Origin: Mobula hypostoma
Taxonomy: Eukaryota
Assembly: GCF_963921235.1 (NCBI RefSeq)
Contig: NC_086097.1
Span: 250,668,001 to 250,732,000 of the forward strand
Length of the DNA stretch: 64,000 bases
Direction: 5' to 3'
Below, one piece after another: positions 1 through 12,700 of this stretch (its first letter is position 1; each line of letters opens with the position of its first letter). Below the pieces are notes generated by a model, which saw nothing but the letters and a program-made list of their open reading frames with translations, searched no databases and was not told the DNA's origin. The translations under genes were made by a program, and so were the position numbers.

Positions 1-864
1 TGCTTTGACTAACAAAATGTGAGTCAATGGATGTTGAATAAATTCATAAATAACATAAATATAATAAGTAATGTATAATATATAATAGCCCAGCAATATA
101 TATGAATAAGCTAATATAGTGGATTCTGGTTAATTGAGCCATCAATAAATAGGGGCAGTCACTTCCTTGGGACAACTCTTAAAGAACAGAACTCATCTAG
201 AAAGTTGCTGGGATTCCATTCGTTTGTTTGAAACACTATACCACTTAATTAGGACACTAGATGTTGCTGGACAGTTTCTAACTGGTGTCAAATGTGCGCA
301 CTTGTGTGGCAGTTAGACATTACACCACGTTTCGAGTAAATAGCGTCAGTCGCATGTGCCTGAGTTCAAAAAGCAGTGATTTGTGTCACTGATAGTTGGT
401 GAGAAATCAGAAAGACAATTCAGTGGTTTCAGGCATTCAGACTTGGAGATGCCAGAAATGACCGGGAGTGAAAGTGAAATGATTTCTCGACTTCAACAAA
501 TTAGGAAAAATTTCAAACTATCGACAACCATCTGGAATGTTACAATGAAAATGAAGATTTGGAGAACGCAGTTGCTGAAAGCTTTGTATGAAAGCAGTTA
601 CACCAGGTGCCTGTGCTGATTTTGTTCATTTGCAGTCAATCAAAAGAACACGGCAGCATTCCCTGGATGAATTCCTGCATCGATCACTATCAGGAACTAA
701 TACAGAGCTTAATAGTTGTGTAGGTAGTGCTCTAATTTGTTCTGTATTTCAGTTAAGTGCTTAGTTTGTCCGTTTTATATCTTTTTAACTATTTCCATGA
801 AACTTCGGCTAATTGGGGCGCTGCTTAAATGGACCAAAATGTACTGGACCTGATGTGTCCCAAT

Positions 865-2039
865 TGTGACGGGGTCCTGAATCACCCCTCTGAATTGTGC
901 TTGGTTATCCCTATGAACTTTTGAAAAGAGGGAGAGAGAGTTATTTAACACCGATATCTTGCTTTGAAAAGTGAAAGAGAAAGGGAGAGAGAGACGAAGA
1001 CTGCTCACAGGTTGTTTATACTTTCTCCAAGGACATCGCCTGCTTGTATTCTTCCACGGACAGAGAAGGGCGGAGTTATTTGAGAGACAGCTGGTGCTCA
1101 GCACTGGAAGATAAAATAGGTCAGATGATAGACCTCAGACACATATTTTGGACACTGAATGAGCTTTGTTGTGCCCGCAGAAAAAGTGGGTTTTTGGAGG
1201 ATCGATCAGGCAGATCGATCAGTGGCTCTTGCAGTGAAAAGAAAAGGCAGTGACCGGTGGGGAGTTGTCCATGTGTCCACCCTTGCCTGGGTGATAGCTC
1301 CACCACAGAAAACTGGTCCCCTTTGTTGTGGTCACAGTTGGTGACTTTTAAAGGATATCGGAGGACAACGAGAAGTTCGACGATGTCAGCTCACCTGAAG
1401 ACTCAAATCTCTCCCTCTCTCCATCACTACTCAACTCAATACCATGAACTGAACTGAACTTTACTCATCATCGTAAGACTGTATCTTTTTACCACAGAAG
1501 TCCAGAACGAGGGGTCACAGTTTGAGGATAAAGGGGAAGCCTTTTAGGACCAAGGTTAGGAAAAACTTCTTCATACAGAGAGTAGTGAATCTGTGGAATT
1601 CTCTGCCACAGGAAACAGTTGAGGCCAGTTCATTGGCTATATTTAAGAGGGAGTTAGATATGGCCCTTGTGGCTAAAGGGATCAGGGGCTATGGAGGGAA
1701 GGCTGGTACAGGGTTCTGAGTTGGATGATCAGCCATGATCATACTGAATGGCGGTGCAGGATCGAAGGGCTGAATGGCCTACTCCTGCACCTATTTTCTA
1801 TGTTTCTATGTTTCTATGTTACCCCTAGACTTGAAGAAGCTTGGTTTTTCATATATATATTTCCACACTTACTGATTTACTTACTTATATATAATCATTG
1901 CCAACCTGTTTGATTTATCTACATTTATATTACTGTATTGCGTAGTTACTAATAAATATTATTAGTTAATAGCAATACTGGACTCCAAAGTGTTTTCCAT
2001 TTCTGCTGGTTCTTTATTCCCGTCATGGGGTACGTGACA
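865..2039 (+). mobile_element. solo LTR (~850 bp excluding the CR1 insert)
   Basis: TGTGACG...CGTGACA termini, 4-bp TSD CAAT (861-864 / 2040-2043), AATAAA near the 3' end. Confidence 0.75.
1494..1818 (+). mobile_element. 5'-truncated CR1 LINE 3' end inserted in the solo LTR
   Basis: ORF2 C-terminus (RKNFFIQRVVNLWNSLP), (TTTCTATG)n tail, TSD TTACC (1489-1493 / 1819-1823). Confidence 0.88.
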
Positions 2040-2354
2040 CAATTAACCAGAATCCACTGTATATAACATAATATAATAATCAGCAAGCTAATATTTCTGT
2101 TTATTCTATAATAGATTCCATAACAGATATTTATCAACAAAGTTGCATCTGTTAAAATTTTGTGCCTAAAATGTTCAAAGATATTTTATAAATTAATGGT
2201 TTTGGCAATTGTCTTTAACAAGGTAATCAATCTTATGTTCGCTAATTTTAGTGGGTGTTGTCTCTCAGCTTTTGTTTTACTGAGGCTCTGGGCCAGTTTT
2301 AACATTCAACAAAAAAGATGTCTTACTGGATAAGAGGCCTAAATTGAGTGGACT

Positions 2355-3105
2355 GCCAGAGACTTTTTCCTGGGCAGAAGTAGCTAATACCAGGGGGCGT
2401 AACTTTAAGGTGCTGGGAGGAAGGTATAGGGGAAATATCAAAGACAGTTTTTTTTTACGCAGAAAGTGGTGGGTGCATGGACCACCCTACCATGGGTAGT
2501 GGTGGAGGCAGATCCACTTACTCTTAGGAAGGCACTTTGACGAAAGAAAGATGGAGGGCTATGTGGGAGGGAAGTGTTAGATTGAACTTAGAGCAGATTA
2601 GAAAGTCAACACAACATTGTGGGCCGAGAGGCCTGTACTGTGCTGTAGTTTTCAATATGTTGCTGGGATTTGAGGACCTGAGTTACAGGAAAAAGTTGAA
2701 TAGGTTAGGACTTTATTCTGTGGCGTATAGGAGAATGAGGGGAGATTTGATTGAGGTATACAAAATTATGAGGGGTATAGATAAGGTAAATGCAAGCAGG
2801 CTTTTTCCACTGAGGTTGGGGTCATGAGTTAAGGGTGAAAGATGAAATGTTTAAGGGGAACATGAGGGGGATCTTTTTCACTCAGAGGGTGGTGAGAGTG
2901 TGGAATGAGCTGCCAGTGGTAGTGGAGCATGTGCGGTCAGTTTCAACATTTAAGGGAAATTTGGGTAAATACATGGATAGGGAGGTGTATGGAAGGCTGT
3001 GGTCTGGGTGCAGGTCGATGGGACTAGGCAGATTCATAGCTTGGCATGGACTAGAGATGGACTGAAGAGCCTGTTTGTGTGTTGTAGTGTTCTATGACTG
3101 TATGA
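2355..3105 (+). mobile_element. two degraded CR1 3' fragments
   Basis: RRMRGDLIEVYKIM and FFTQRVVRVWNELP motifs with CR1 3' UTRs. Confidence 0.75.
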
Positions 3106-3170
3106 TTTATGATAACTATCTGAGTCACCTCCTCCCAAGTTTCAATAAATATATGATGGATGCTTATTAC

Positions 3171-3415
3171 CTCACTTCAGAACCTTCTGGATCGTGGGCT
3201 TTCACCTTAAGCACGGAATCTCCTTTAGAAGCATCTTCAGAGACCCACGTTTGATATATTTTTTCTGAGAAATACGGTGGCTCATCATTATTGGTCACAT
3301 TAATCAGGAGCACTGTGAACGAGCTTGAGTTGTAGAAAACGCCGTCAACGAGGGGCTCGGGATTTGTGGCACTGATGTTTAACGCAAAGCTCGACTGAGA
3401 TTCAAAGTCCAGAGG
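3171..3415 (-). CDS. cdh17: cadherin-17 coding exon (EC5/EC6): PLDFESQSSFALNISATNPEPLVDGVFYNSSSFTVLLINVTNNDEPPYFSEKIYQTWVSEDASKGDSVLKVKAHDPEGSEV
   Basis: 245 nt, phase 0-2; acceptor tgttctttcag, donor gtaata; LDFE and A-x-DPE motifs; not in ORF track. Confidence 0.94.
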
Positions 3416-3444
3416 CTGAAAGAACAGAGACAGTAGAAATTTAT

Positions 3445-4015
3445 TTTATTTAGAAATAGAATGCAGAACAAGCCCTTCTGCCCATCAAACTGCACTGCCC
3501 AGCAACGCACCGATTTAACCCTAGCCTAATCACAGGACAATTTACCATGACCAATTAAACTACTAACCCATACACCTTTGGACTGTGGGAGGAAAGCACC
3601 GTAGTGTAGTGGTTAGTGTGATGTTATTACAGGCTGGGGTGCAGTCCAGAGTTCAATTCCCACATCATCTGTAAGGTGTCTCTGTATGTACGCCACCACC
3701 TCAGAATGCCTGGGTTTTCTCCGGGTGCTCTGGTTTCCTCCCACAGTCTAAAGACATACCGGGAAGGTTAACTGTTCTGTGATAGCATTACGGTTAAATC
3801 AAGGTTGCTGGGTGGCACACCTCAAAGGGCTGGAAGGTCCTATTCTGCCCTGTGCCTCCAAATAAATAACATTAAAAACCAGAGCACCCGGAGGAAACGA
3901 ACACTCTCACAGGAGGGACACACAGACTTTCTTACAAAGGACAGAGGAGGTGAACTCCAAACTCCGACGCCCTGAGCTGTAATAGTGTCGCACCGGCTGC
4001 TACGCTGACGTGCAA
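3445..4015 (-). mobile_element. V-SINE (HE1-like), split by a second V-SINE
   Basis: V-domain ggactgtgggaggaaa|ccagagcacccggaggaaac is interrupted at about 3595/3878. Confidence 0.65.
3596..3875 (+). mobile_element. tRNA-derived V-SINE (HE1-like)
   Basis: tRNA-like head (gtagtgtagtggttag ... gagttcaattcc), V-core gggttttctccgggtgctctggtttcctcccaca, A-rich tail. Confidence 0.75.
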
Positions 4016-4394
4016 GTGGTGAAGAGACGTTTGGATAGGTATATGGATGGTCGAGGTACCTGTTTCTGGGCTGTACTTGTCTATGACTCTCTGAACCTAA
4101 ACAAAAAACGTAGGTGATCTCAGATGGTGACAACAAGGTGGACAGGAGTGAGTTAGTTTTGCTAGTTGAGTGGAGTCATAAGAACAACATCACACTCAAC
4201 ATCAATCAAACCAATGAACTGATTGTGGGCTTCAGGAAGGGGAAGCTGAGGGAACACACACCAGTCCTCATCGAGGGATCAGCAATGGAATGGTTGAACA
4301 GTTTCAACTTCCAGGGCATCAACATCTCAGGGGATCTGTCGTGGGCCCAACAGACTGATGCGATCATGAAGCAGGCATGCTGGTAGCTGTACTT

Positions 4395-5170
4395 AGTCAT
4401 AGTCAGAGTCATACTTTATTGATCTTGGGGGAAATTGGTTTTCGTTACAGTTGCACCATAAATAATAAATAGTAATAGAATAGTAATTAGTTAAATAGTA
4501 ATATGTAAATTATGCCAGTGAATTATGAAATAAGTCCAGGACCAGCCTATTGGCTCAGGGTGTCTGACCCTCCAAGGGAGGAGTTGTAAAGTTTGATGGC
4601 CACAGGCAGGAATGACTTCCTATGACGCTCTGTGCTGCATCTCGGAGGAATGAGTCTCTGGCTGAATGTACTCCTGTGCCCACCCAGTACATTATGTAGT
4701 GGATGGGAGACATTGTCCAAGATGGCATGCAACTTGGACAGCATCCCCTTTTCAGACACCACCGTGAGAGAGTCCAGTTCCATCCCCACAACATCACTGG
4801 CCTTACGAATGAGTTTGTTGATTTTGTTGGTGTCTGCCACCCTCAGCCTGCTGCCCCAGCACACAACAGCAAACATGATAGCACTGGCCACCACAGACTC
4901 GTAGAACATCCTCTGCATTGTCCGGCAGATGTTAAAGGACGTCAGTCTCCTCAGGAAATAGAGACGGCTCTGACCCTTCCTATAGACAGCCTCAGTGTTC
5001 TTTGAACAGTCCAGTTTATTGTCAATTCATATCCCCAGGTATTTGTAATCCTCCACCATGTCTACACTGAACCCCTGGATGGAAACAGGGGTCACCGGTA
5101 CCTTAGCTCTCCTCAGGTCTACCACCAGCTCCTTAATCTTTTTCACATTAAGCTGCAGGAATGCTGCAGA
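4395..5170 (-). mobile_element. young Rex1/Babar-type LINE 3' part, inserted in an older plus-strand Rex fragment (4114-5420)
   Basis: ORF 4547..4918 (FYESVVASAIMFAVVCWG...RCSTERHRKSFLP), (GACTAT)n-type tail, ACTT duplicated at 4391-4394 / 5171-5174. Confidence 0.75.
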
Positions 5171-5834
5171 ACTTCATTAGGAGCTTGAGGAGGACTGGAA
5201 CGTCAGCAAGATTCTGGCAAGTTTCTACGTGTTATCCGGTGGAGAGCATTCTGACTGATCCTATGGAGGCTCCAATGCAATGGATCACAGGAGGCTGCAG
5301 AGGCCTGTAGACTCACTCAGCTCCATCATGTGTACAGCTCTCCCGACCTTTGAAAATGTCTTCAAGAGGCAGTGTCTTAAGAAGGCAGCTTCCATCATTA
5401 AGGATCCTCACCATCCGCTCCGCGTATGAAGACCAGTGAAGTGGACATGATTGATAATGGGCTGGCAGACCGGAGAGGACAAGTGCTGGTGGCACCCCTG
5501 GGTCAGCAAGCTGATGGTGTGTTCCTGGATTGGATCTCCGTGCAGCCAAAAGGCACGATGGCCGGTCACCTTCTTAGGTTTGTGAGTCAGTTCATGACTT
5601 AGCGTTCAGGTTCCCGGCAACGGTGAGTCTGGAGCTCAAGGCCTGCACTTCAGACCCTCATTTGTCATCGTCGGTGAGTCTGGGGTTGATCCTAAAGATC
5701 AAAGCCCGAAGTTCGATCGGAAAAGATGGCGCCAGAGGTGTTTGCAGACCCAGATGATGTCTTCCAGTTCATCCATGAAAAGATTTATTCTTCTTCTCCT
5801 TCTTTCCTGTCTTTCTTTTTAAGGTCACTGGGTC

Positions 5835-6558
5835 CATAAGACCATAAGACATAGGAGCAGAATTAGGCCATTCAGCCCATCGAGTCTGCTCTGCCATTCC
5901 ATTATGGCTGATCCCAGATCACATTCAACCCCATACACCTGCCTTCTCGCCACTTCCTTTGATGCCCTGACTGATCAGGAAACGATCAACTTCTGCCTTA
6001 AATATACACACACACTTGGCCTCCACCATAGTCTGTGGCAGAGCATTCCACAGATTTACTACTCTCTGGCTAATAAAAAAAATCCTTCTTACCTCTGTTC
6101 TAAAAGGTTGCCCTTTATTCTGGAGTTGTGCCCTCTAGTACTGGATACCTCCACCAGAGGAAATATCCTCTCCACATCCACCCTATCTACTCCTTTCAAC
6201 ATTCAGTAGGTTTCAAAGTGATCCGCTGCCCCCACATTCTTCTAAATTCCGGTGAGTATAGGCCCAAAGCTGCCAAACCCTCCTCGCATGTTAGCCTCTT
6301 CATTCCCGGAATCATCCTCGTGAACCTCCTCTGGACTCTCTCCAATGACAACACATCCCTTCCAGATATGAGGCCCAAAATTGTTGACAATACTTCAAGT
6401 GTGGACTGATTTGTGTTTTATAAAGTCTCAGCATTATCTCCTTGCTTTCATATTCTATTCCACTTGAAATAAATGCCAACATTGCATTTGCCTTCTTTAC
6501 CTCAGCGCCTGTGAATTAACCTTCTGGGAGTCTTGCACAAGGACTCATAAGTCCCTCT
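5835..6558 (-). mobile_element. CR1 LINE 3' fragment
   Basis: LERVQRRFTRMIPG motif and CR1 3' UTR with tail. Confidence 0.78.
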
Positions 6559-8765
6559 GTGGACCTAGGAATGGTGAGTTGCCTTCCAAGTGCCAGGGTC
6601 AGGAATGTCTCAGATTGCGTCCACAACATTTTGGAGAGGGAGGGAGAGCAGCCAGATGTCTTGGTACATATTGGTACCAATAACATAGGAAGGAAAAGCA
6701 AAAAGGTCCCGAAAAGAGAATTTAGAGAGCTAGGTAGAAAGCTGAGAAGCAGGACCTCAAGGGTAGTAATTAGTGGACTGCTACCTGTGCCACGTGCCAG
6801 TGAGGGTAGAAACAGGGTGATTTGGCAGATAAATGCGTGGCTGAGAAGCTGGTGCAGGGGGCAGGGCTTCAGGTGCTTGGATCATTGTGATCTCTTCTGG
6901 GGGAGGTATGACCTGTGCAAAAGTGACAGGTTGCACCAGAATCCGAGGGGGACGAATATTCTCGCAGGCAGGTTTTTAAGAGCTGTTGGAGAGGGTTTAA
7001 ATAATTTGGAAGGGTGTGGGAACTGGAGTGAAGGGTCTCAGGAAAGGACAGATGGTAAAAAAGCAAAGACAGACCGTCAGGAAGGGCAGGACAAAATTAT
7101 AGCCAGCAGGTGAGTATCAGTGCTTTAGCGATGCGGCATCAAAAAGGATAGCAAATACAAAGTGTTATATCTCAATGCACAGAGTATAAGAAATAAGGTG
7201 GATGATCTTGTTGCACTACTATAGATTGTCAGGTATGATGATGTGGCCATCACTAATCATGGCTGAAGGATGGTTGTAGTTGGGAGCTGAATGTCCAAGG
7301 TTTCACGCTGAATCGGAGGGATGGGAAGGTCAGCAGAGGGGTTGGCGTGGCTCTGTTCATTACAATAAATGGCATCAAATCAGTAGAAAGATGTGATATA
7401 GCATCAAAAGATGTTGAATCCTTGTGGGTTGATTTAAGAAACTGCAAGGGTAAAAGTACCCTGATGGCAGTTATATACAGGCCTCCAGTTAGTAGCTGGG
7501 AGGTGGACCACAGATTACAACAGGAAATAGAAAAGGCGTGTCATAAAGGCAATACTATGATAGTCATGGGAGATTTCAACGTGCAAGTCCATTGGGAAGA
7601 TCAGTTTGGAAGTGCATTTCAAGAAAGTGAGTTTGTTGAATGCCTAAGAGATGGCTTTTTACAGCAATTTGTCGTTGAGCTTACTAGAGGATCAGCTGTA
7701 CTGGATTGGATGTGATGTAATGAACCAGAGGTGATCAGGGAGCTTAAGGTAAAAGAATGGGAAGGAGGCAATGATAACAATATGATTGAGTTCAACTTGA
7801 AATTTGATAGGGAGAAAATAAGGTCTGACGTAGCAGTATTTCAGTGGAGTAAAGGAAATTAAATTTGTATGAGAGAGGACTTGGCCAAAGTACGTTGGAA
7901 GGAGAAGCTGGCAGGGATGACAGCAGAGCAGCAATGGCACGAGTTTCTGGGAAAAATGAGGAAGGTGCAGGATTCCAAAAGCAAAGAAATACTAAAATGG
8001 CAAAAAAAACTCAAATGGCTGATAAGGAAAGTCAAAGCTAATGTAAAAGCAAAAGAGAGTGCATATAACAAAACAAAAGTTTGCAGGAAGATAGAGGATT
8101 GGCATGCTTTAAAAAACCCACAAAGAGCAACTAAAAAACTCATTAGGAGGGAGAAGATGAAATATGAAAGCAAACTAGCAAACAGTATCAAAGTGGATAG
8201 TAAAAGCTTTTTCAAGTCTGTAACAAAATAGAGATGAGAATGGATATAGGATCGCTAGAAAATAAGGCCGGATAAATAATAACGGGGGGAACCAAGGAAA
8301 TGGTGGATGAATTAAATGAGTATTTTGCATCAGTCTTGACTGTAGAAGACATTAGCAGTGTGTCTGATGTTGAAGGGTGTGAAGGAAGATAAGTGAATGT
8401 GGTTATTATTACAAAGGAGAAGGTGCTCAAAAAGCTGAAAGATCTAAGGGTACGTAAGTCATCTGGGCCTGATGACCTGCACTCTAGGGTTCTGAAGGAG
8501 GTAGTGGTAGAGATTGTGGAGACATTAGTAATGATCTTTCAAAAATCATTGGACTCTGGCATGGTGCTAGAGGACTGGAAAATTGCAAATGTCACTCCGC
8601 CCTTTAAGAAAGGAGGAAGGCAGCAAAAAGCAATTATAGACCAGTTAGCCTGACCTCAGTGGTTGGGAAGATGCTGGAGTCAATTGTTAAAGGATGAAGT
8701 TATGGAGTACTTGGTGACACAGGACAAAGTCAGTATGGTTTCCTTAAGGGAACAACTTGCCTGAA
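6559..8765 (+). mobile_element. degraded CR1 LINE: ORF1 SGNH-esterase domain, ORF2 AP endonuclease and start of RT
   Basis: VSCLPSARV/HIGTNN/DRLH esterase motifs (6559..7113); YRPP and MGDFN endonuclease motifs; GPD-x-LH-x-RVLKE and WKIANVTP-x-KKG; many stops and frameshifts. Confidence 0.88.
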
Positions 8766-8774
8766 AAACCTGAA

Positions 8775-9168
8775 ATTTGACTGAATTATCTTTATTTCTT
8801 ACTTCCTTCACATACATAAGGAGTAAAAATTTTATGTTACGTCTCCATCTAAATGTTCCATGTGCAATCATAGTAATTTATAATAATTTATAACAAATAG
8901 AGCAGTCAATGTAATATAGAGTAGACTCAAGTCAGCGTGAGTTAATCAGTCTGATGGCCTGGTGGAAGAAGCTGTCCCGGAGCCTGTTGGTCCTGGCTTT
9001 TAAGCTGCAGTACGGCTTCCCAGATGGTAGCAGCTGGAACAGTTTGTGTTTGGGATGGCTTGGGTCCCCAGTGATCCTACAGTCCCTTTTTACACACCTG
9101 TCCTTGTAAATGTCCTGAATCATGGGAAGTTCACAACTGCAGATGCGCTAGGCTGTCCGCACCACTCT
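8775..9168 (-). mobile_element. Rex1/Babar-type LINE 3' fragment
   Basis: DPSHPKHKLFQLLPSGK...RTNRLRDSFFHQAIRLIN. Confidence 0.72.
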
Positions 9169-9169
9169 A

Positions 9170-10730
9170 TCTTAAAAGACCCTATCATATCTGCCTCCCC
9201 CACCATCGCCAGTAGTCCATTCCATACACTCACCACTCTTCGTACAAAACTTACCCTTGACATCTCCTCTGTACTTACTTCCAAGCACCTTAAAACTGTG
9301 CCCTCTCGTGCTAGCCATTTCAGCCCTGGGAAAAAACCTCTGATTATCCACACAATCAATGCCTTTCATCATCTGGTACACCTCTATCAGGTCACCTCTC
9401 ATCCTCCGTCACTCCAAGGAGAAAAGGCCAAGTTCACTCAACCTTTTCTCATCAGGCATGCTCCCCAATCCAGGCAACATCCTTGTAAATATCCTCTGCA
9501 CCCTTTCAATAGCTTCCACATTCTTCCTGTAGTGAGGTGACCAGAACTGAGCACAGTACTCCAAGTGGGGTCTGACCAGGGTCCTATATAGCTGCAACAT
9601 TACCTCTCGGCTCCTAAACTCAATCCCATGATTGATGAAGGCCAATGCACCGTATGCCTTCTTAACCACAGAGTCAACCTGTGCAGCAGCTTTGAGTGTC
9701 CTATGGACTCGGACCCCAAGATCCCTCTGATCCTCCACACTGCCAAGAGTCTTACCATTAATACTAGATTCTGCCATCATATTTGACCTACCAAAATGAA
9801 CCACCTCACACTTATCTGGGTTGAACTCCATCTGCCACTTCTCAGCCCAGTTTTGCATCCTATCAATGTCCCGCTGTAACCTCTGACAGCCCTCCACACT
9901 ATCCACAACACCCCCAACCTTTGTATCATCAGCAAATCTACGAACCCATCCCTCCACTTCCTCATCCAGGTCATTTATAAAAATCACGAAGAGCAGGGGT
10001 CCCAGAACAGATCCCTGAGGCACACCACTGGTCACTGACCTCCAAGCAGAATATGACTCGTCTACAACTGCTCTTTGCCTTCTGTGGGCAAGCCAGTTCT
10101 GGATCCAGAATGCAATGTCCCCTTGGATCCCATCCCTCCTTACTTTCTCAATAAGCCTTGCATGTGGTACAATGTCAAATGCCTTGCTGAAATCCATATA
10201 CACTATATCTACTGCTCTACCTTCATCAATGTGTTTAGTCACATCCTCAAAAAATTCAACCTGGTTCGTAAGGCATGACCTGCCTTTGACAAAGTCATGC
10301 TGACTATTTCTAATTATATTATGCCTCTCCAAATATTCATAAATCCTGCCTCTTAGGATCTTCTCCATCAACTTACCAACCACTGAGGTAAGACTCACTG
10401 GTCTATAATTTCCTGGGCTATCGCTACTCCCTTTCTTGAATAAGGGAACAACATCTGCAACCCTCCAATCCTCCGGAACCTCTCCCGTCCCCATTGATGA
10501 TGCAAAGATCATTGCCAGAGGCTCAGTAATCTCCTCCCTTGCTTCCCACAGTAGCCTCGGGTACATCTTGTCCGGTCCCTGTGACTTATCCAACTTGATG
10601 CTTTCCAAAAGCTCCAGCACATCCTCTTTCTTAATATCTACATGCTCAAGCTTTTCAGTCTGCTGTGTCATCACTACAATCACTGAGATCCTTTTCCGTA
10701 GTGAATACTGAAGCAAAGTACTCACCAAGT
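9170..10730 (-). mobile_element. CR1 LINE, RT domain to C-terminus
   Basis: ORF 9409..10809: NYRPVSLTS, DFSKAFD, GVPQGSVLGP, FADD, RPHLEYC. Confidence 0.93.
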
Positions 10731-10741
10731 ACTTAATGAGT

Positions 10742-11390
10742 AAGGTTGAGTCAGTGGTGAGGAAGGCAAATGCCATGTTAGCATTCATTTCAAGAGGTCT
10801 AGAATACAAGAGCAGGGATGTGATGCTGAGGCTTTATAAGGCACTGGTGAGGCCTCACTTTGAGTATTGTGAACAGTTTTGGGCTCCTCATCTGAGAAAA
10901 ACTGTGCTGGCATTGGAGAGGGTTCAGAGGAGATTCACAAGAATGATTCCGGAAATGAAAGGGTTATCATATGGTGAATGTTTGATGCCTCTGGGTCAGT
11001 CCTCTCTGAAACTTAGAAAGATAAGGGAGGACCTCATTGAAACCTTTTGAATGTTGAAAGAGCAAGACAGAGTAGATGTGGAAAGGATGTTTCCCATGGT
11101 GGGGGATTCTAGGCCAAGAGGGCACTGCCTCAGGATAGAGGGCATCCTTTTAAAACAGAGAGGCAGAGAAATTTCTTTAGCCAGAGGGTGGTGAATTTGT
11201 GGAATTTATTACCACAGGTTACTGGAGAGGGCATGTTGTTGGGTGTATTTAAGGCAGAATTTGATAGCTTCTTAATGGTATCAAAGGCTATGGGGAGAAG
11301 CCCAAGGAAAAAATGATCTGCCATGATAGAATAGCGAACAGACTCAATGGGTTATATGCCCTAATTATGCTCCTATTCTTATGGTCTTTG
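10742..11390 (+). mobile_element. CR1 LINE 3' fragment
   Basis: ORF 10736..11050 LYKALVRPHFEYC; CR1 3' UTR. Confidence 0.8.
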
Positions 11391-11399
11391 CACCTCTAA

Positions 11400-12700
11400 T
11401 GTTTGAACCTTCTCCCCATTTAGATGATTGTTCACACTATTGTTCCTTCTACCAAAATATACTTCCAAACACTATTCCATCCGCCACTTTTTTGCCCATT
11501 CTTCCGATTTGTCTCAGTCCTGCTGTAATCACATTGCTTCCTCAGCACTACCTACCCCTCCGCCTATCTTCGTATCATCTGTAAACTTTGCCACAAGGCC
11601 ATCAATTCCATAATCTAGATCATTAACGAACAATGTGAAAAGTAGTGGTCCCAATTTGGGTCCCTGAGGAACACCACTAGTCACTGGCAGCCAACCAGAA
11701 AAAGTACCTTTTTATTCCCACTTGCTGCTTCCTGTTTGTCAGCCATTCTACTATCTTTCCTGTAACGCCAGAGGATTTTATCTTGTTAATTAACCTCGTG
11801 TGTGGCCCCGTATCAAATGCCTTCTGAAAATCCAAGTAAATGACATCCACTACCTCTTCTTTGTCCAGCCAGCTTGTTTCTTCTTTGAAGAACTCTAACA
11901 GATTTGTCAGGCAAGATTTCCCTTGACAGAAACCATGCTGACTTTGACTTATTTTATCATTAGTCTCCAAGTACCTTGAAACCTCATCCTTAATAGGCGG
12001 GAGGAAAAGATGGCAGCGCACCTGCGCATGCTCAGCCCTCCGGTGAAAAATGATATCGTATCTGTTAAATAGGGACCGTGGACAATTCTGATTTGATGGA
12101 GAATGGACGTGAAAGCACAGAGGAACATCTGGAGAAATTTCTGAAACGCTTGTTCGCTGCTGTCGTTACTACGTGGTCGGGAATCTTTCGGAGGGCAGGC
12201 CTCAAAATCCCCAGCCTTGCCTACTGTTGGCGACCGAGAAGGAGGTCGAATCATTCGGACAGAGATGGCGCTCAGTACTCAGTGTCGGAGAGCTGATCAG
12301 AACTTGAAGTTTTCGGATGACTCAGAATCGGATTGTGGTCGGCATGGCAGGGAGAGTTTTTCTTCCTTCTCCAGTCTGCGTGAGATGTGGGACATTTGAG
12401 AAACTTTGAACTTTACTGTGCTCATGGACTTCATCAAGTTATGGTATTGTTGCACTGTTGTAACTATATGTTATAATTATGTGGTTTTGTCAGTTTTTTT
12501 CAGTCTTGGTCTGTCCTGTGTTTTGTGATATCACACCGGAGGAATATTGTATCATTTCTTAATGCATGCATTACTAAATGACAATAAAAGAGGACTACGT
12601 GTCTTCATAATCTAATAATGACCTCCAACACTTTCCAGTCACTGAGGTTATGCCAAATGGCCTATAAATTCTTTTCTTTTGCCTTCCTCCCTTCTTAAAG
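11400..12700 (-). mobile_element. degraded CR1 RT fragment interrupted by a 617-bp element
   Basis: SQHGFCQGKSCLTNLLEFF...YLDFQKAFD in ORF 11677..12021. Confidence 0.75.
11996..12612 (+). mobile_element. non-coding ~620 bp retroposon-like element, copy 1
   Basis: Highly similar to 49526-50158; starts GGCGGGAGGAAAAGATGGC, ends AATAAAAGAGGACT...ATAATC; TAATA on both sides. Confidence 0.75.

Larger units (their letters stand above)
117..2059. mobile_element. Tc1/mariner-superfamily (pogo/Tigger-like) non-autonomous DNA transposon, interrupted by a solo LTR
   Basis: Termini TA|tAGTGGATTCTGGTTAATTG ... CAATTAACCAGAATCCACTG|TA (inverted repeats with TA duplication). Confidence 0.75.

Noticed and set aside
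3596..3665. tRNA gene (also near 42745)
   Set aside because: tRNA-like heads of V-SINEs, with no complete cloverleaf and continuing into the V-core.
9409..10809. 466-aa RT ORF as a functional protein
   Set aside because: It starts in the antisense strand of a neighbouring CR1, lacks the endonuclease and ends at a premature stop.
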